Assembly (NCBI GenBank): GCA_030043575.1
Contig: JASHXK010000044.1
Coordinates: 1-37,123, forward strand
Origin: Terriglobales bacterium
GTDB taxonomy: Bacteria; Acidobacteriota; Terriglobia; Terriglobales; Acidobacteriaceae
Length of the DNA: 37,123 nt
Reading direction: 5' to 3'
Below are positions 1-8,592 of the stretch, piece after piece. The translations under genes were made by a program, and so were the position numbers. The number at the start of each line of letters is the position of its first letter. Position 1 is the first letter of the stretch. The notes beneath the pieces are model-generated. The model made no database searches, had not been told where the DNA came from, and saw only the letters and a list, made by a program, of their open reading frames with translations.

Positions 1-865
1 GCGGCGGCTCACCATCGATCTCGAAACCAAGGAACGTTCGATGCACATTACCGCGCGCACGAATCCGCTCCACAATCTCCTGCCCGATGTAACAGCCTTT
101 GCTGAAGTTCAGCGCGTGCTGCTGATTCGCTTCCTGCGGCAGATCGCGCTCGCGCAGATCGATTCCATATCGCGGCACTCCGCGCGCGATGCGGTACATC
201 TCCAGCGCATCGCTGCCGACTGCCGTCGCCCCGGCTGCAATCAAGCCCCCCCAAACCTTCTCGCCGTTCTCGCCTGCTACCCAAATATCGTAACCGTCCA
301 TCTGCGGGTGCGCACTGCGCACCACCGAAATCCCAAGGCTGCGCCACTCCAAGTCCACTACCTGCCCTAGCTCGAGTTGCGAAGTATTAATTCCGGCGTT
401 TGCTAGAACCTCGCGTGCTTTCGTACCGGCGACGCCGATCGAGCTCAGCTTGTCACTGATGTCCTCGATCTCAACCTGGTCCATGATGATGTAACGCTGC
501 AAGGTCGCGGTGATCTTTGGCGCCTGCTCGCGATCCGTCGTAGCCAGAAGATAGTCGCCGCGGTTGTAGGCAATCAAATCGCCCTGATTGTGCCCTTGCG
601 GGGTCAGGATGAAGCAATACACGCCGTGCCCGACGGCCAGGTCACGAACGTTGTTGGTGACCATGCCGTTCAGCCAGCGTACGCGGTCCCGTCCGGTGAA
701 GATCAGCTTGGCCTGCCAGCTCATGTCAAACACAGCAGTGCTCTGCAGCAGCGCCTTGAACTCCGCCGCCGTATCCCCGAAACTGGCCGCGGTCTCAGCG
801 CCCCGATAGCTTCCCAGCCGCGCTCCTGACGCCGTCAGCTTGTCTTGTAGAGTTGCAACCGTCAT
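1..865 (-). CDS. ygfZ: YgfZ/GcvT-family folate-binding protein (aminomethyltransferase-like); the C-terminus runs off the window start
   Basis: Absent from the ORF track because it is open at the window edge. Hand translation of the reverse strand from ATG 865-863 gives MTVATLQDKLTASGARLGSYRGAETAASFGD...FDMSWQAKLIFTGRDRVRWLNGMVTNNV...ALEMYRIARGVPRYGIDL...NFSKGCYIGQEIVERIRARGNVHR. The K-G-C-Y-x-G-Q-E motif and the overall layout are typical of YgfZ/GcvT proteins. Confidence 0.7.
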   Translation of the reverse strand, partial: MTVATLQDKLTASGARLGSYRGAETAASFGDTAAEFKALLQSTAVFDMSWQAKLIFTGRDRVRWLNGMVTNNVRDLAVGHGVYCFILTPQGHNQGDLIAYNRGDYLLATTDREQAPKITATLQRYIIMDQVEIEDISDKLSSIGVAGTKAREVLANAGINTSQLELGQVVDLEWRSLGISVVRSAHPQMDGYDIWVAGENGEKVWGGLIAAGATAVGSDALEMYRIARGVPRYGIDLRERDLPQEANQQHALNFSKGCYIGQEIVERIRARGNVHRTFLGFEIDGEPP

Positions 866-1029
866 ACCGAATCTTTGATTATAACGAAGCGGAAACGACT
901 CGTCGGAGACGTTTGGCGTGTCGAAGCCTCCTTCGCTGCGTGGCCAGCGGGGGAACTGACGGCGCTCAGGGCGCCGCACGGGTTAACCATATGCTTTCCA
1001 AGCATCATTGGGGCGATACTGAGGTCGAC

Positions 1030-1464
1030 ATGACGATCCTGGTTGTCCTGTTCGGATCCCTGCTGATTTATCGCGGGCTGGGTGCTCTGGGCGTTTCTGC
1101 CCTGCAGACCTGGCTGGCCTGCGCGCGCTTTGCGCTGTCGACCATGTTCCTCTTTACTGCGATCGCGCACTTTACCTCGACACGAAAAGACATGATCGCG
1201 ATGGTGCCGCCCTCGTTTCCGCGACCCGACCTGCTGGTCACGATGACGGGAATCCTCGAGGCGGCGGGTGCAATCGGGCTGCTGCTAGCTCCAACCCGGC
1301 ACTGGGCGGCCTGGGGCTTGATTCTGTTAATGCTCGCGATGTTCCCGGCCAACATCAGTGCCGCCCGGCGTGGGGTTCAGCTGCGAGGCAAAGCTCCCAC
1401 CCCGTTGTGGATTCGCACGCCGATGCAGATTCTGTTCATCGCGTGGGCGTGGTGGGTGAGGTAA
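1030..1464 (+). CDS. DoxX-like small integral membrane protein
   Basis: Track ORF 853-1464. The hydrophobic part starts at MTILVVLFGSLLIY (ATG 1030; alternative ATG 991). About four TM helices and the motif LLMLAMFPANISAA fit DoxX-family proteins. The 853 TTG start would overlap the divergent ygfZ-like start, so it is unlikely. Confidence 0.55.
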   Translation: MTILVVLFGSLLIYRGLGALGVSALQTWLACARFALSTMFLFTAIAHFTSTRKDMIAMVPPSFPRPDLLVTMTGILEAAGAIGLLLAPTRHWAAWGLILLMLAMFPANISAARRGVQLRGKAPTPLWIRTPMQILFIAWAWWVR

Positions 1465-1470
1465 GACAGC

Positions 1471-1498
1471 AGCTAGCGATTAGTGATTGGCAATTAGT
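1471..1498. repeat. Period-7 tandem words (AGCTAGC GATTAGT GATTGGC AATTAGT)
   Basis: Read directly from the sequence. Four heptamers, each carrying TAG or TGA, sit in the spacer after the DoxX-like stop codon. Confidence 0.6.
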
Positions 1499-1557
1499 AA
1501 AGTCGGATCTCTCGATCGCAACTACCTGACTGGTTGATTGAAAACATCAGAGCGGGT

Positions 1558-1585
1558 TAGCTAAGTGCTAACTGCTAAATGCTAA
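1558..1585. repeat. Period-7 tandem repeat (TAGCTAA GTGCTAA CTGCTAA ATGCTAA)
   Basis: Read directly from the sequence. The core is NTGCTAA x4. TAA on the plus strand and TAG on the minus strand recur every 7 nt, so they fall in all three frames on both strands. The track's ATG 1579 lies inside the last unit. Confidence 0.7.
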
Positions 1586-2664
1586 CGGCTGTTTTTCTGT
1601 TATCTTCATCTCCCGTGACCAACAAGAAACCCATCGCCGTCGTTGCCGGAGACGGCATCGGCAAAGAAGTTATCCCCAACGCGATTGAAGTCGTGAAAGC
1701 CTCGGGCGCCGCCGTCGAATTCACTCACTTCGATTGGGGCGCCGATCGCCATCTCGCCGACGGTACCACCATTCCACCGGATGCTTTCCAGATGCTGGCG
1801 CGGGACTTCGACGCCATCTTCGTCGGCGCTCTGGGCGATCCTCGCGTGCCCACCAACATTCACGCCAAAGAGATCCTGCTCGGCATGCGCTTCAAGATGG
1901 ATCTCTACGCCAACGTGCGTCCGGTTCGCCTGCTTGACGCCTCACTGTGTCCGCTGAAGAATGCGACGACTGCCGATATCAACTTCACCGTCATCCGCGA
2001 GAACACCGAAGGCGTTTACATGGACATGGGCGGCGTCTTCAAGTTCGGCACGCCCGACGAGCTCGCCACCCAGGAAGACATCAACACGCGCAAGGGAGTG
2101 GAGCGCGTCATCCGCTTCGCCTTCGAGTACGCGCGTAGCAACGGCCGCAAGAAGGTTCTGATGTCCGACAAATCTAACGTGATGACTTACGCGGGCGGGC
2201 TCTGGCAGCGTGTCTTCAAGGAAGTCGCGAAAGAGTATCCCGACATCAACACCCAGCACATGTACGTGGATGCGCTCTGCCTGCAGATGATTCGCCAGCC
2301 GCAGTCGCTGGACGTCGTCGTCACGAACAATATGTTCGGCGACATCATCACCGACCTGGCCGCAGCGCTGCAGGGTGGCTTGGGCATGGCCGCCAGCGGC
2401 AACATTCATCCCGGACGAACGTCGATGTTCGAGCCCGTACACGGCTCGGCGCCGCCAATCGCGGGAAAGAACATGGCGAATCCGATGGGGGCAATCCTGA
2501 CTGCTGCCATGATGCTGGCGCACATCGGCCTGGCCGCGGAGGCACAGAAGATCGAAGACGCCGTGACGCAGGCCGTGCGCGAGAAAAAAAAGACTGCGGA
2601 TGTCGGCGGATCGATGGGCACGCGCGAGTGCGCCGCGTGGATTGGGGAAAGGGTGGCCAGGTAA
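1579..2664 (+). CDS. Beta-decarboxylating dehydrogenase of the isocitrate/isopropylmalate family, most like tartrate/D-malate dehydrogenase (TtuC/DmlA type)
   Basis: Motifs: KKPIAVVAGDGIGKEV, LYANVRPVRLL, VIRENTEGVYMDMGG (ENTEG rather than the LeuB ELTGG), NMFGDIITDL, FEPVHGSAPPIAGKNMANP. The true start may be GTG 1615 (MTNKKPIAVV...), because ATG 1579 sits in a heptamer repeat. Confidence 0.8.
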   Translation: MLTAVFLLSSSPVTNKKPIAVVAGDGIGKEVIPNAIEVVKASGAAVEFTHFDWGADRHLADGTTIPPDAFQMLARDFDAIFVGALGDPRVPTNIHAKEILLGMRFKMDLYANVRPVRLLDASLCPLKNATTADINFTVIRENTEGVYMDMGGVFKFGTPDELATQEDINTRKGVERVIRFAFEYARSNGRKKVLMSDKSNVMTYAGGLWQRVFKEVAKEYPDINTQHMYVDALCLQMIRQPQSLDVVVTNNMFGDIITDLAAALQGGLGMAASGNIHPGRTSMFEPVHGSAPPIAGKNMANPMGAILTAAMMLAHIGLAAEAQKIEDAVTQAVREKKKTADVGGSMGTRECAAWIGERVAR

Positions 2665-2693
2665 CCGCTCTTCGGCTTTCGCTCTCCACCAGT

Positions 2694-3926
2694 CTAAGCC
2701 TTGACGGCAGCCTTCTTCTCTGCCTTCGCTTGCTTCTGTGCTGCTGCAAGCTGTTTCTTCAAGATGCGCACTCCCCTGTCAACGTGCTTTTCCTCCAGCA
2801 GGAACGGCGGCAGGAACCGCAGCACGTTGTCCTGCGTGACGTTGATCAGTAGCCCATTGGCGAGTGCGCCATCCATGACTGGTTTGCCCGGAATGTTTAA
2901 CTGCAGAGCCTGAATCGCGCCGACGCCGCGGACTTCGGTCGCGATCTCGAACCTATCGACAAACTCGCGTAGCTTCTGCGAGAAATAAGCGCCGACGCGG
3001 CGCACGCGCTCCAGCAGGTTCTCGTCTTCCAGAATTGCCAGATATTCCAGCGCAACGCGGCAGGTGAGCGGACCTCCTCCGAAAGTAGTGCCGTGTTTGC
3101 CTGGCGTGATGTGCTGAGCGAACTTCTCCGTGGCGAGGAACGCTCCGAGCGGCAATCCCGCGGCGAGCGGTTTGGCGATGCAAACCACGTCCGGCTTCAC
3201 GCCGAAGTGCTCGAACGCAAAGAGCCGGCCGGTACGGCCGAGGCCGCATTGAATCTCGTCAAAGATAAGAGCGGCCCGCTTCTGGTCGGCCATGGCGCGG
3301 CACGCCTGCAGAAACTCCGGCGTCGTCTCCTGAATACCGCCTTCGCCTTGAATCGGCTCCAGCACAATCGCGCAGACCTTATCGTCCATCGCATTGCACA
3401 GCGCTTCGACGTCATTGCGCGGCACGAAGCGCACACCTTCCAGCATCGGATCGAAATCTTTGCGGTATTTCGGCTGGCCGGTGAGAGCCAGCGCGCCCAT
3501 GGTGCGCCCGTGGAAAGAATTATCGAGCGCAATCACGATGGATTTCTCCGGCGAGATCGCGTGCCCGGCAGCGCGCACCAGCTTCAGTGCTCCTTCGATC
3601 GCCTCGGTACCGCTGTTGGAGAAGAAAGCGCGATCCAGTCCCGACGCCGTGCAAAGTTTCTGCGCCAACAGCCCCTGGTACTCGTTGTAATAGAGATTCG
3701 AGACGTGGATGACCTTCGTGGCCTGATCGCGAATGACCTTCACGATGCGCGGATGCGCGTGGCCGAGCGCGTTAACCCCCAGTCCAGTGAGGAAGTCGAG
3801 ATAGCGCTTGCCGTCGACATCGTAAACATAAACTCCCTTGCCCCGCGCAATGGCCAAGGGATACCGGGCGTAGGTGTTCAGCAGGTATTTCTGTTCGCGC
3901 TCAACGATCTCTTGATAGCTAGACAT
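2694..3926 (-). CDS. argD: Acetylornithine aminotransferase (class III PLP aminotransferase)
   Basis: Motifs: YLLNTYARYPLAIARGKGVYVYDVDGKRYLDFLTGLGVNALGHAHP, FFSNSGTEAIEGALKL, FDEIQCGLGRTGRLFAFEHFGVKPDVVCIAKPLAAGLPLGA (PLP lysine context). It has a short Lys/Ala-rich C-terminal tail (KKQLAAAQKQAKAEKKAAVKA). Confidence 0.9.
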   Translation of the reverse strand: MSSYQEIVEREQKYLLNTYARYPLAIARGKGVYVYDVDGKRYLDFLTGLGVNALGHAHPRIVKVIRDQATKVIHVSNLYYNEYQGLLAQKLCTASGLDRAFFSNSGTEAIEGALKLVRAAGHAISPEKSIVIALDNSFHGRTMGALALTGQPKYRKDFDPMLEGVRFVPRNDVEALCNAMDDKVCAIVLEPIQGEGGIQETTPEFLQACRAMADQKRAALIFDEIQCGLGRTGRLFAFEHFGVKPDVVCIAKPLAAGLPLGAFLATEKFAQHITPGKHGTTFGGGPLTCRVALEYLAILEDENLLERVRRVGAYFSQKLREFVDRFEIATEVRGVGAIQALQLNIPGKPVMDGALANGLLINVTQDNVLRFLPPFLLEEKHVDRGVRILKKQLAAAQKQAKAEKKAAVKA

Positions 3927-4048
3927 GATGACCTCGTAAAAGATTCATTGTAGCTTCTGCGATGGAAGTGCGCGAAGACCCGCCGGCGGGTGATCCAGAT
4001 CACAGAACCTTGTTCACACCCGCCGCTAGACTTCTGGTGAGGTTGGCC

Positions 4049-4624
4049 ATGCTAAGCGAAAAACAATTCCGCGAGCGGGCGAAGAGCGAGCTTCGCCAGA
4101 TCGGCGACCAGATACTGGCCCTGGCGACCGACCGCGACATTTACTGGAAACTGGAACGCGAGATCATCCAAAACAATCCACAACTTTCCGAGTCACGCAG
4201 CGAACTGCTGGACATGCTGCGCGGCTGTTATATAGATGCTATGGTTGCGCGCCTGCTGCGTCTGATGGATGGCGAGGACGACGGCGTTTCTCTGCCGCGA
4301 GTGCTGGCTCAGCTCGCAAATCATCCGGAGTTATTGCACGATCGCATCACGGAAAGCGAGTTCGCCGACGACCGCGGCGCGCTGGAACGTGCGTCCGCGA
4401 GACTGCGGGGCTTCAGTGCGTCGCACGTTGGACGCCACGACCGGACGCTCTCAGCGCTGGCCCCCACGCATCGCGAACTGGATGCCGCTCTTGCGGTAAT
4501 TATCGCTGTCGTGGAGACCTATTACTGGATCGTTAGCGACGGGTATATCGACCTGGATGTGGAGTACTCCGTGGATCCGCTCGGGATCTTTCAGTTTGCG
4601 TGGGCAGCGCCGGTGCTGACGTAG
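4049..4624 (+). CDS. Hypothetical cytoplasmic protein; possible HEPN-domain (AbiU2-like) protein
   Basis: Track ORF 3962-4624. I prefer ATG 4049, preceded by GGTGAGG 7 nt upstream. The protein is all-helical in appearance with no TM segment. It contains R-GFSAS-H (R149..H155 in track numbering, nt 4406-4426), which fits the HEPN Rx4-6H motif, and an upstream ARLLRLMDGEDDGVSL segment. The function call is weak. Confidence 0.6.
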   Translation: MLSEKQFRERAKSELRQIGDQILALATDRDIYWKLEREIIQNNPQLSESRSELLDMLRGCYIDAMVARLLRLMDGEDDGVSLPRVLAQLANHPELLHDRITESEFADDRGALERASARLRGFSASHVGRHDRTLSALAPTHRELDAALAVIIAVVETYYWIVSDGYIDLDVEYSVDPLGIFQFAWAAPVLT

Positions 4625-4634
4625 TCAGCGGTCC

Positions 4635-5480
4635 TCACCGGGCTGAGATCAAAGCTACCGAGATCAGCGCTCCTGCGATTCCGATGGTCTGTAAGCGCGA
4701 AATACGCTCCTTCAGCAACATGCGCGCGAGAATGACCGTGCTCGCCGGATAAAGCGACGAAAGGACTGCCGCCACGTCCAGCCTTCCATGACGCGTGGCG
4801 GCGATGAACAGCGCGTTCGCCCCAGAATCGCATAATCCCGAAAGCAAAATTGGAACAAAAGCCGGACGCAGCGGTCGAGGATCGCGCGGCGAGAAGGCCA
4901 TGATCGTCAGCATCAGCAGCGTGGACGCCGTGCGGGCCGCGACCAGCGGCCAGAAAACTCCGCTCTGGCCGGCCTGCTTGCCGGAGACCAGGAACAAGCC
5001 AAACATTATCCCCGCGAGAATCGCCAGGCCGAGGCCGCGATGCGAATCGATTTCGTTTTCCGGACGGGCAATGAGCCAGATGCTGACCACCGCCAGACTG
5101 AATCCTACAAGCTGAAGTCGACCCGGCATGCCTTCGGTTCGGAACCCGAACAACACCGGCAGAATGGCTGTGATGACCGAGGCGACAGGAGCGACAACTC
5201 CCATGCGGCCGATCGCCAGCCCTTTGTAAAGAGCCGCGATACCAAACGCCCCAGTGATGCCGGCGATGGCTCCCCATATGAGTGACGAGTGGGGCGGCAT
5301 CGGCTCGGCGGTGGCCCAAGCCAAAGCCAGCATCAAAATCAGGCCGCAGGCGTGAGCCCCAGCAACCACACGAAAGACGGCGGCTCGCTTGGTGGCAATA
5401 CCGCCAGAGAAGTCCCCTGCGCCCCAGATGGCAGCGGCTCCGAGGCTTAAGGCCGAGGTCGCAAGGGTTCCAGAAGTCAT
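4635..5480 (-). CDS. EamA/DMT-family transporter
   Basis: A 281-aa polytopic membrane protein (about 10 TM) with two similar halves and a Gly/Ala-rich helix pattern typical of EamA domains. Confidence 0.8.
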   Translation of the reverse strand: MTSGTLATSALSLGAAAIWGAGDFSGGIATKRAAVFRVVAGAHACGLILMLALAWATAEPMPPHSSLIWGAIAGITGAFGIAALYKGLAIGRMGVVAPVASVITAILPVLFGFRTEGMPGRLQLVGFSLAVVSIWLIARPENEIDSHRGLGLAILAGIMFGLFLVSGKQAGQSGVFWPLVAARTASTLLMLTIMAFSPRDPRPLRPAFVPILLSGLCDSGANALFIAATRHGRLDVAAVLSSLYPASTVILARMLLKERISRLQTIGIAGALISVALISAR

Positions 5481-5686
5481 GCTTCACTAGCCTACACGCT
5501 CCGCCAGAACTGCCTATTTACGCTGTAGGTTACAAAAACTGGAAGCAGGCACAACTTGATAGCCTTTAGAGGCTTCAAGAATCCACAGAGAGATCCCAAA
5601 ACTTGTATCCGCTTGCGCAGGCGCCGTCTATAATGGCGGAAGCAATACAAATGGCGTGGGTTAGCAGCGCGGCGTAAGGGATATCT

Positions 5687-5702
5687 TGGCATCACAGTTG
5701 CT
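5687..5702 (+). promoter_or_regulatory. Candidate sigma-54 (-24/-12) promoter, TGGCAT-N5-TTGCT
   Basis: The sequence is TTGGCATCACAGTTGCT, with GG at 5688-5689 and GC at 5700-5701. This is the consensus 12-nt register of TGGCAC-N5-TTGCW. It lies directly upstream of the kinase/sigma-54-activator operon and is the only good match I found in intergenic DNA of this window. Confidence 0.45.
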
Positions 5703-5718
5703 CAAGGAGGATAGGCTC

Positions 5719-8592
5719 GTGGGAGTTACCCCGCCAGTCTGTCCAAACCACCACCCGGTGGCTTTGATGAATCGAGACCTTCAGACGCGCTTCTTCGCGG
5801 TTTTCCTGGCGCTGCTTAGCGTAGCCGCCATTGTCTTTGCCTGGATCAATTTCCAGAAAGACCGTGAATATTCTTCCCCGTACGACGGCGTCTGGTGGGT
5901 AGAAGATGGGCAGCATCTTCGTGCCGAGCGCGTCGACCCGGACGGTCCCGGCGAAAAGGCCGGCATCAAGGTCGGCGACCTGCTGGTCGCGGTCGATGAG
6001 CACAACGTAACCAACATCGGGACTCTGGAGCGCGCCCTTTATGGAGCTGGCGTCTGGACCAAGGCCAACTACTCGCTGCTGCGACAAGGCGTATCGCTGG
6101 AAGCGCCGCTGATTCTGGTTCCAGCCGATCGGTCGCTGTACGCCGGTTTGCGGCTGATCGCGCTGGTCTACCTCGGCATCGGCATGTATGTCCTGCTCCG
6201 GCGCTGGACGGCACCGAAGAGCACCCACTTCTACGTTTTCTGCCTGGTCTCTTTCATCTTCTATTCGTTCCACTACACCGGCAAGCTGAACGATTTCGAC
6301 TGGATCATCTACTGGTCGAACGTTGTGGCTTGGCTGTTGCAGCCGGCGCTGTTCCTGCATTTCTCGCTGACCTTTCCGGAACGCAAGGGGTTGGTTGATC
6401 GGCATCGCTGGATCATCCCGACGCTTTACGTTCCGGGCGCCATTCTGCTGGCGATTCACATCTGTGTCATCGACCTGCTGCAGCCCAGCGAAATGTTGCG
6501 CTGGCACTTGGACCAGCTGGAATGGGTGTACCTCGCCGCATACTTCGTGATGGCGACGGTCACGCTATGGCATAGCTATCGCCATGCCGAAACAGCCATT
6601 TTGCGCCAGCAGATGAAATGGGTTACGCGCGGAACGATTCTTTCCGTCGCCCCGTTCACGCTTTTCTACATCATCCCCTACCTGTTCGGAACGCTTCCGG
6701 CGATTGGGATGAAGATCTCGGTGCTGTCACTGGTGTTTTTGCCCCTGACTTTCGGCTACGCCATCTTCCGCTATCGCTTGATGGATGTGGACCTGATCTT
6801 CAAGCGCGGCATGGCTTACACCATCGCCGCGGGCGCGATTACCGCGGCATATTTCGCTGCGGTCGGCATGGCTTCGGTGCTTTTTCACCAGAACTTCCCG
6901 AACGTTGGACCGATCGGCCTAGTGGTTGCTATTGCCGTCACCGCAATCCTGTTCGACCCGTTCAAGAATTGGATTCAGGAGAGCCTCGACAAATTCTTCT
7001 ATCGCAAACGTTATGACTACCGGCGCACGCTGATCGAATTTGGCCGCGACCTGAACTCCGAAACCGACCTCGACAAGATGCTGAGCTCGATCGTGGATCG
7101 TCTCTCGCGGACATTGCTGGTCGATCGCTTGGCAATCTTCGTCTCCGATCCCGATCAGCCGGAGCGGTTCGATCTCGCGAAGTCCTACGGCATCGCCAAC
7201 ACCAGCGGCCTCAGCTTCGACTTTCTGCATGTCGAGCGTCCGGAGTGGCAAGCCGGGCATCTGTTCTTTGACAATACCGGTCAGGCGGTCCGCGAGACTC
7301 CTTCCGCGCGGCAGGCCATCCGCCGTCTGGAATTGAACTACTACATTCCCTGCACCGTAATGAATCGCATGATCGCGGTGCTCGGCCTGGGCAAGACAGT
7401 GGAAGGCGACTTCCTCTCTAGCGAAGATGTGCAACTGCTGGAGACGCTGGCCGGCTACATCGGGATCGCGGTGCAGAACGCGCGGCTATACAAATCACTG
7501 GAAGAGAAAGCCGGTCAGTACGAGCGGCTCAAGGAGTTCAGCGAGAACATCGTCGAATCCATCAGCGTAGGCGTGATGGCGGTCGACCTCGAAGATCGCA
7601 TCGAGTCGTGGAATTCACAAATGGAAGTGATGTTCGCCCTGCCGCGTCGCGATGCTGTAGGACGGCCGATGTCGGAAGTATTGCCTCCGGCCTTCATGGA
7701 TGAGCACCACCGCGTCCGTCAATTGCAAGGGATTCACAATCTCTACAAATTCCGGCTTCGTACGCCAACGGGCGAAATGCGCGTTGCCAATATCGCTATC
7801 GCTCCGCTGGTCAGCAAGGACTTCAGCGTGATCGGCCGGCTGATGATCGTCGACGACATTACCGAGCGCATCGAGTTGGAGTCGCAACTGTCGCAGGCGG
7901 AGAAGCTGTCGTCTATTGGACTGCTGGCTGCCGGGGTTGCACATGAGGTAAATACCCCGCTCGCCGTAATCTCGTCGTACGCTCAGATGCTGGCCAAACA
8001 AGTCCACCACGACGACAAGCAGTCGGTACTGCTGGACAAGATCACCAAGCAGACTTTCCGTGCCTCGGAGATCGTGAACAGCCTGTTGAATTTCTCCCGC
8101 ACGTCGGGAACAGAATTCACCGACGTGGACCTGAATCGCGTAATCAAAGATACGTTGACCCTATTGGAGCATCAGTTCAAAACTGCGCGCGTCACCGTCC
8201 AGCAGGATCTGCATGCCGACCTGCCGCCGATTCACGGCAACACCGGCAAGCTGCAACAGGTCTTCCTCAATCTGTTCCTCAACGCCAAAGACGCGATGCC
8301 GGGCGGCGGCACTCTGACTATCAGCACCGGCAACGGCCATCATGTGCAGGTGAAGGTCTCCGACACCGGCACCGGCATCGCGCAGGAACATATTCATCGC
8401 ATCTACGATCCCTTCTTCACTACCAAGAACAAGCCGGCGACCGGACACAGCGGGGGCACTGGCCTTGGCCTCTCGGTTACCTACGGGATTATTCAGGAGC
8501 ACGCCGGCAAGATTCGCGTCGACAGCTCCCCCGGATGCGGCACGACGTTCATCATGGAGTTCCCCCTGATCAGGAAGGCTGTCAGTGCCTGA
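5719..8592 (+). CDS. Sensor histidine kinase: TM1, extracytoplasmic PDZ, multi-TM block, GAF, PAS, HisKA, HATPase_c
   Basis: PDZ-like GPGEKAGIKVGDLLVAVDEHNV...LLRQGVSLEAPLILVP (about nt 5930-6125). About 8 further TM helices follow. H-box AAGVAHEVNTPLAVI, N-box QQVFLNLFLNAKDAM, G-boxes DTGTGI and GTGLGLS. Start options are GTG 5719 (AAGGAGG 8 nt upstream), ATG 5767 (MNRDLQTRFF...) and the track's TTG 5686. Confidence 0.9.
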   Translation: MGVTPPVCPNHHPVALMNRDLQTRFFAVFLALLSVAAIVFAWINFQKDREYSSPYDGVWWVEDGQHLRAERVDPDGPGEKAGIKVGDLLVAVDEHNVTNIGTLERALYGAGVWTKANYSLLRQGVSLEAPLILVPADRSLYAGLRLIALVYLGIGMYVLLRRWTAPKSTHFYVFCLVSFIFYSFHYTGKLNDFDWIIYWSNVVAWLLQPALFLHFSLTFPERKGLVDRHRWIIPTLYVPGAILLAIHICVIDLLQPSEMLRWHLDQLEWVYLAAYFVMATVTLWHSYRHAETAILRQQMKWVTRGTILSVAPFTLFYIIPYLFGTLPAIGMKISVLSLVFLPLTFGYAIFRYRLMDVDLIFKRGMAYTIAAGAITAAYFAAVGMASVLFHQNFPNVGPIGLVVAIAVTAILFDPFKNWIQESLDKFFYRKRYDYRRTLIEFGRDLNSETDLDKMLSSIVDRLSRTLLVDRLAIFVSDPDQPERFDLAKSYGIANTSGLSFDFLHVERPEWQAGHLFFDNTGQAVRETPSARQAIRRLELNYYIPCTVMNRMIAVLGLGKTVEGDFLSSEDVQLLETLAGYIGIAVQNARLYKSLEEKAGQYERLKEFSENIVESISVGVMAVDLEDRIESWNSQMEVMFALPRRDAVGRPMSEVLPPAFMDEHHRVRQLQGIHNLYKFRLRTPTGEMRVANIAIAPLVSKDFSVIGRLMIVDDITERIELESQLSQAEKLSSIGLLAAGVAHEVNTPLAVISSYAQMLAKQVHHDDKQSVLLDKITKQTFRASEIVNSLLNFSRTSGTEFTDVDLNRVIKDTLTLLEHQFKTARVTVQQDLHADLPPIHGNTGKLQQVFLNLFLNAKDAMPGGGTLTISTGNGHHVQVKVSDTGTGIAQEHIHRIYDPFFTTKNKPATGHSGGTGLGLSVTYGIIQEHAGKIRVDSSPGCGTTFIMEFPLIRKAVSA

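Noticed and set aside
4591-5487. A 298-aa minus-strand ORF overlapping the EamA transporter gene on the same strand.
   Set aside because: It is an alternative frame of the same region. Its translation is Arg/Gly/Ser/His-rich with no TM pattern, whereas the 4635-5480 frame gives a clean 10-TM EamA-type protein.
5629-5634. A perfect TATAAT hexamer upstream of the kinase operon, considered as a sigma-70 -10 box.
   Set aside because: There is no acceptable -35 at 16-18 nt. TTGTAT gives a 20-nt spacer and TTGCGC gives a 10-nt spacer. I kept it only as a possible explanation for how the AAGGAGG/GTG-5719 start could be used, and did not report it as a feature.
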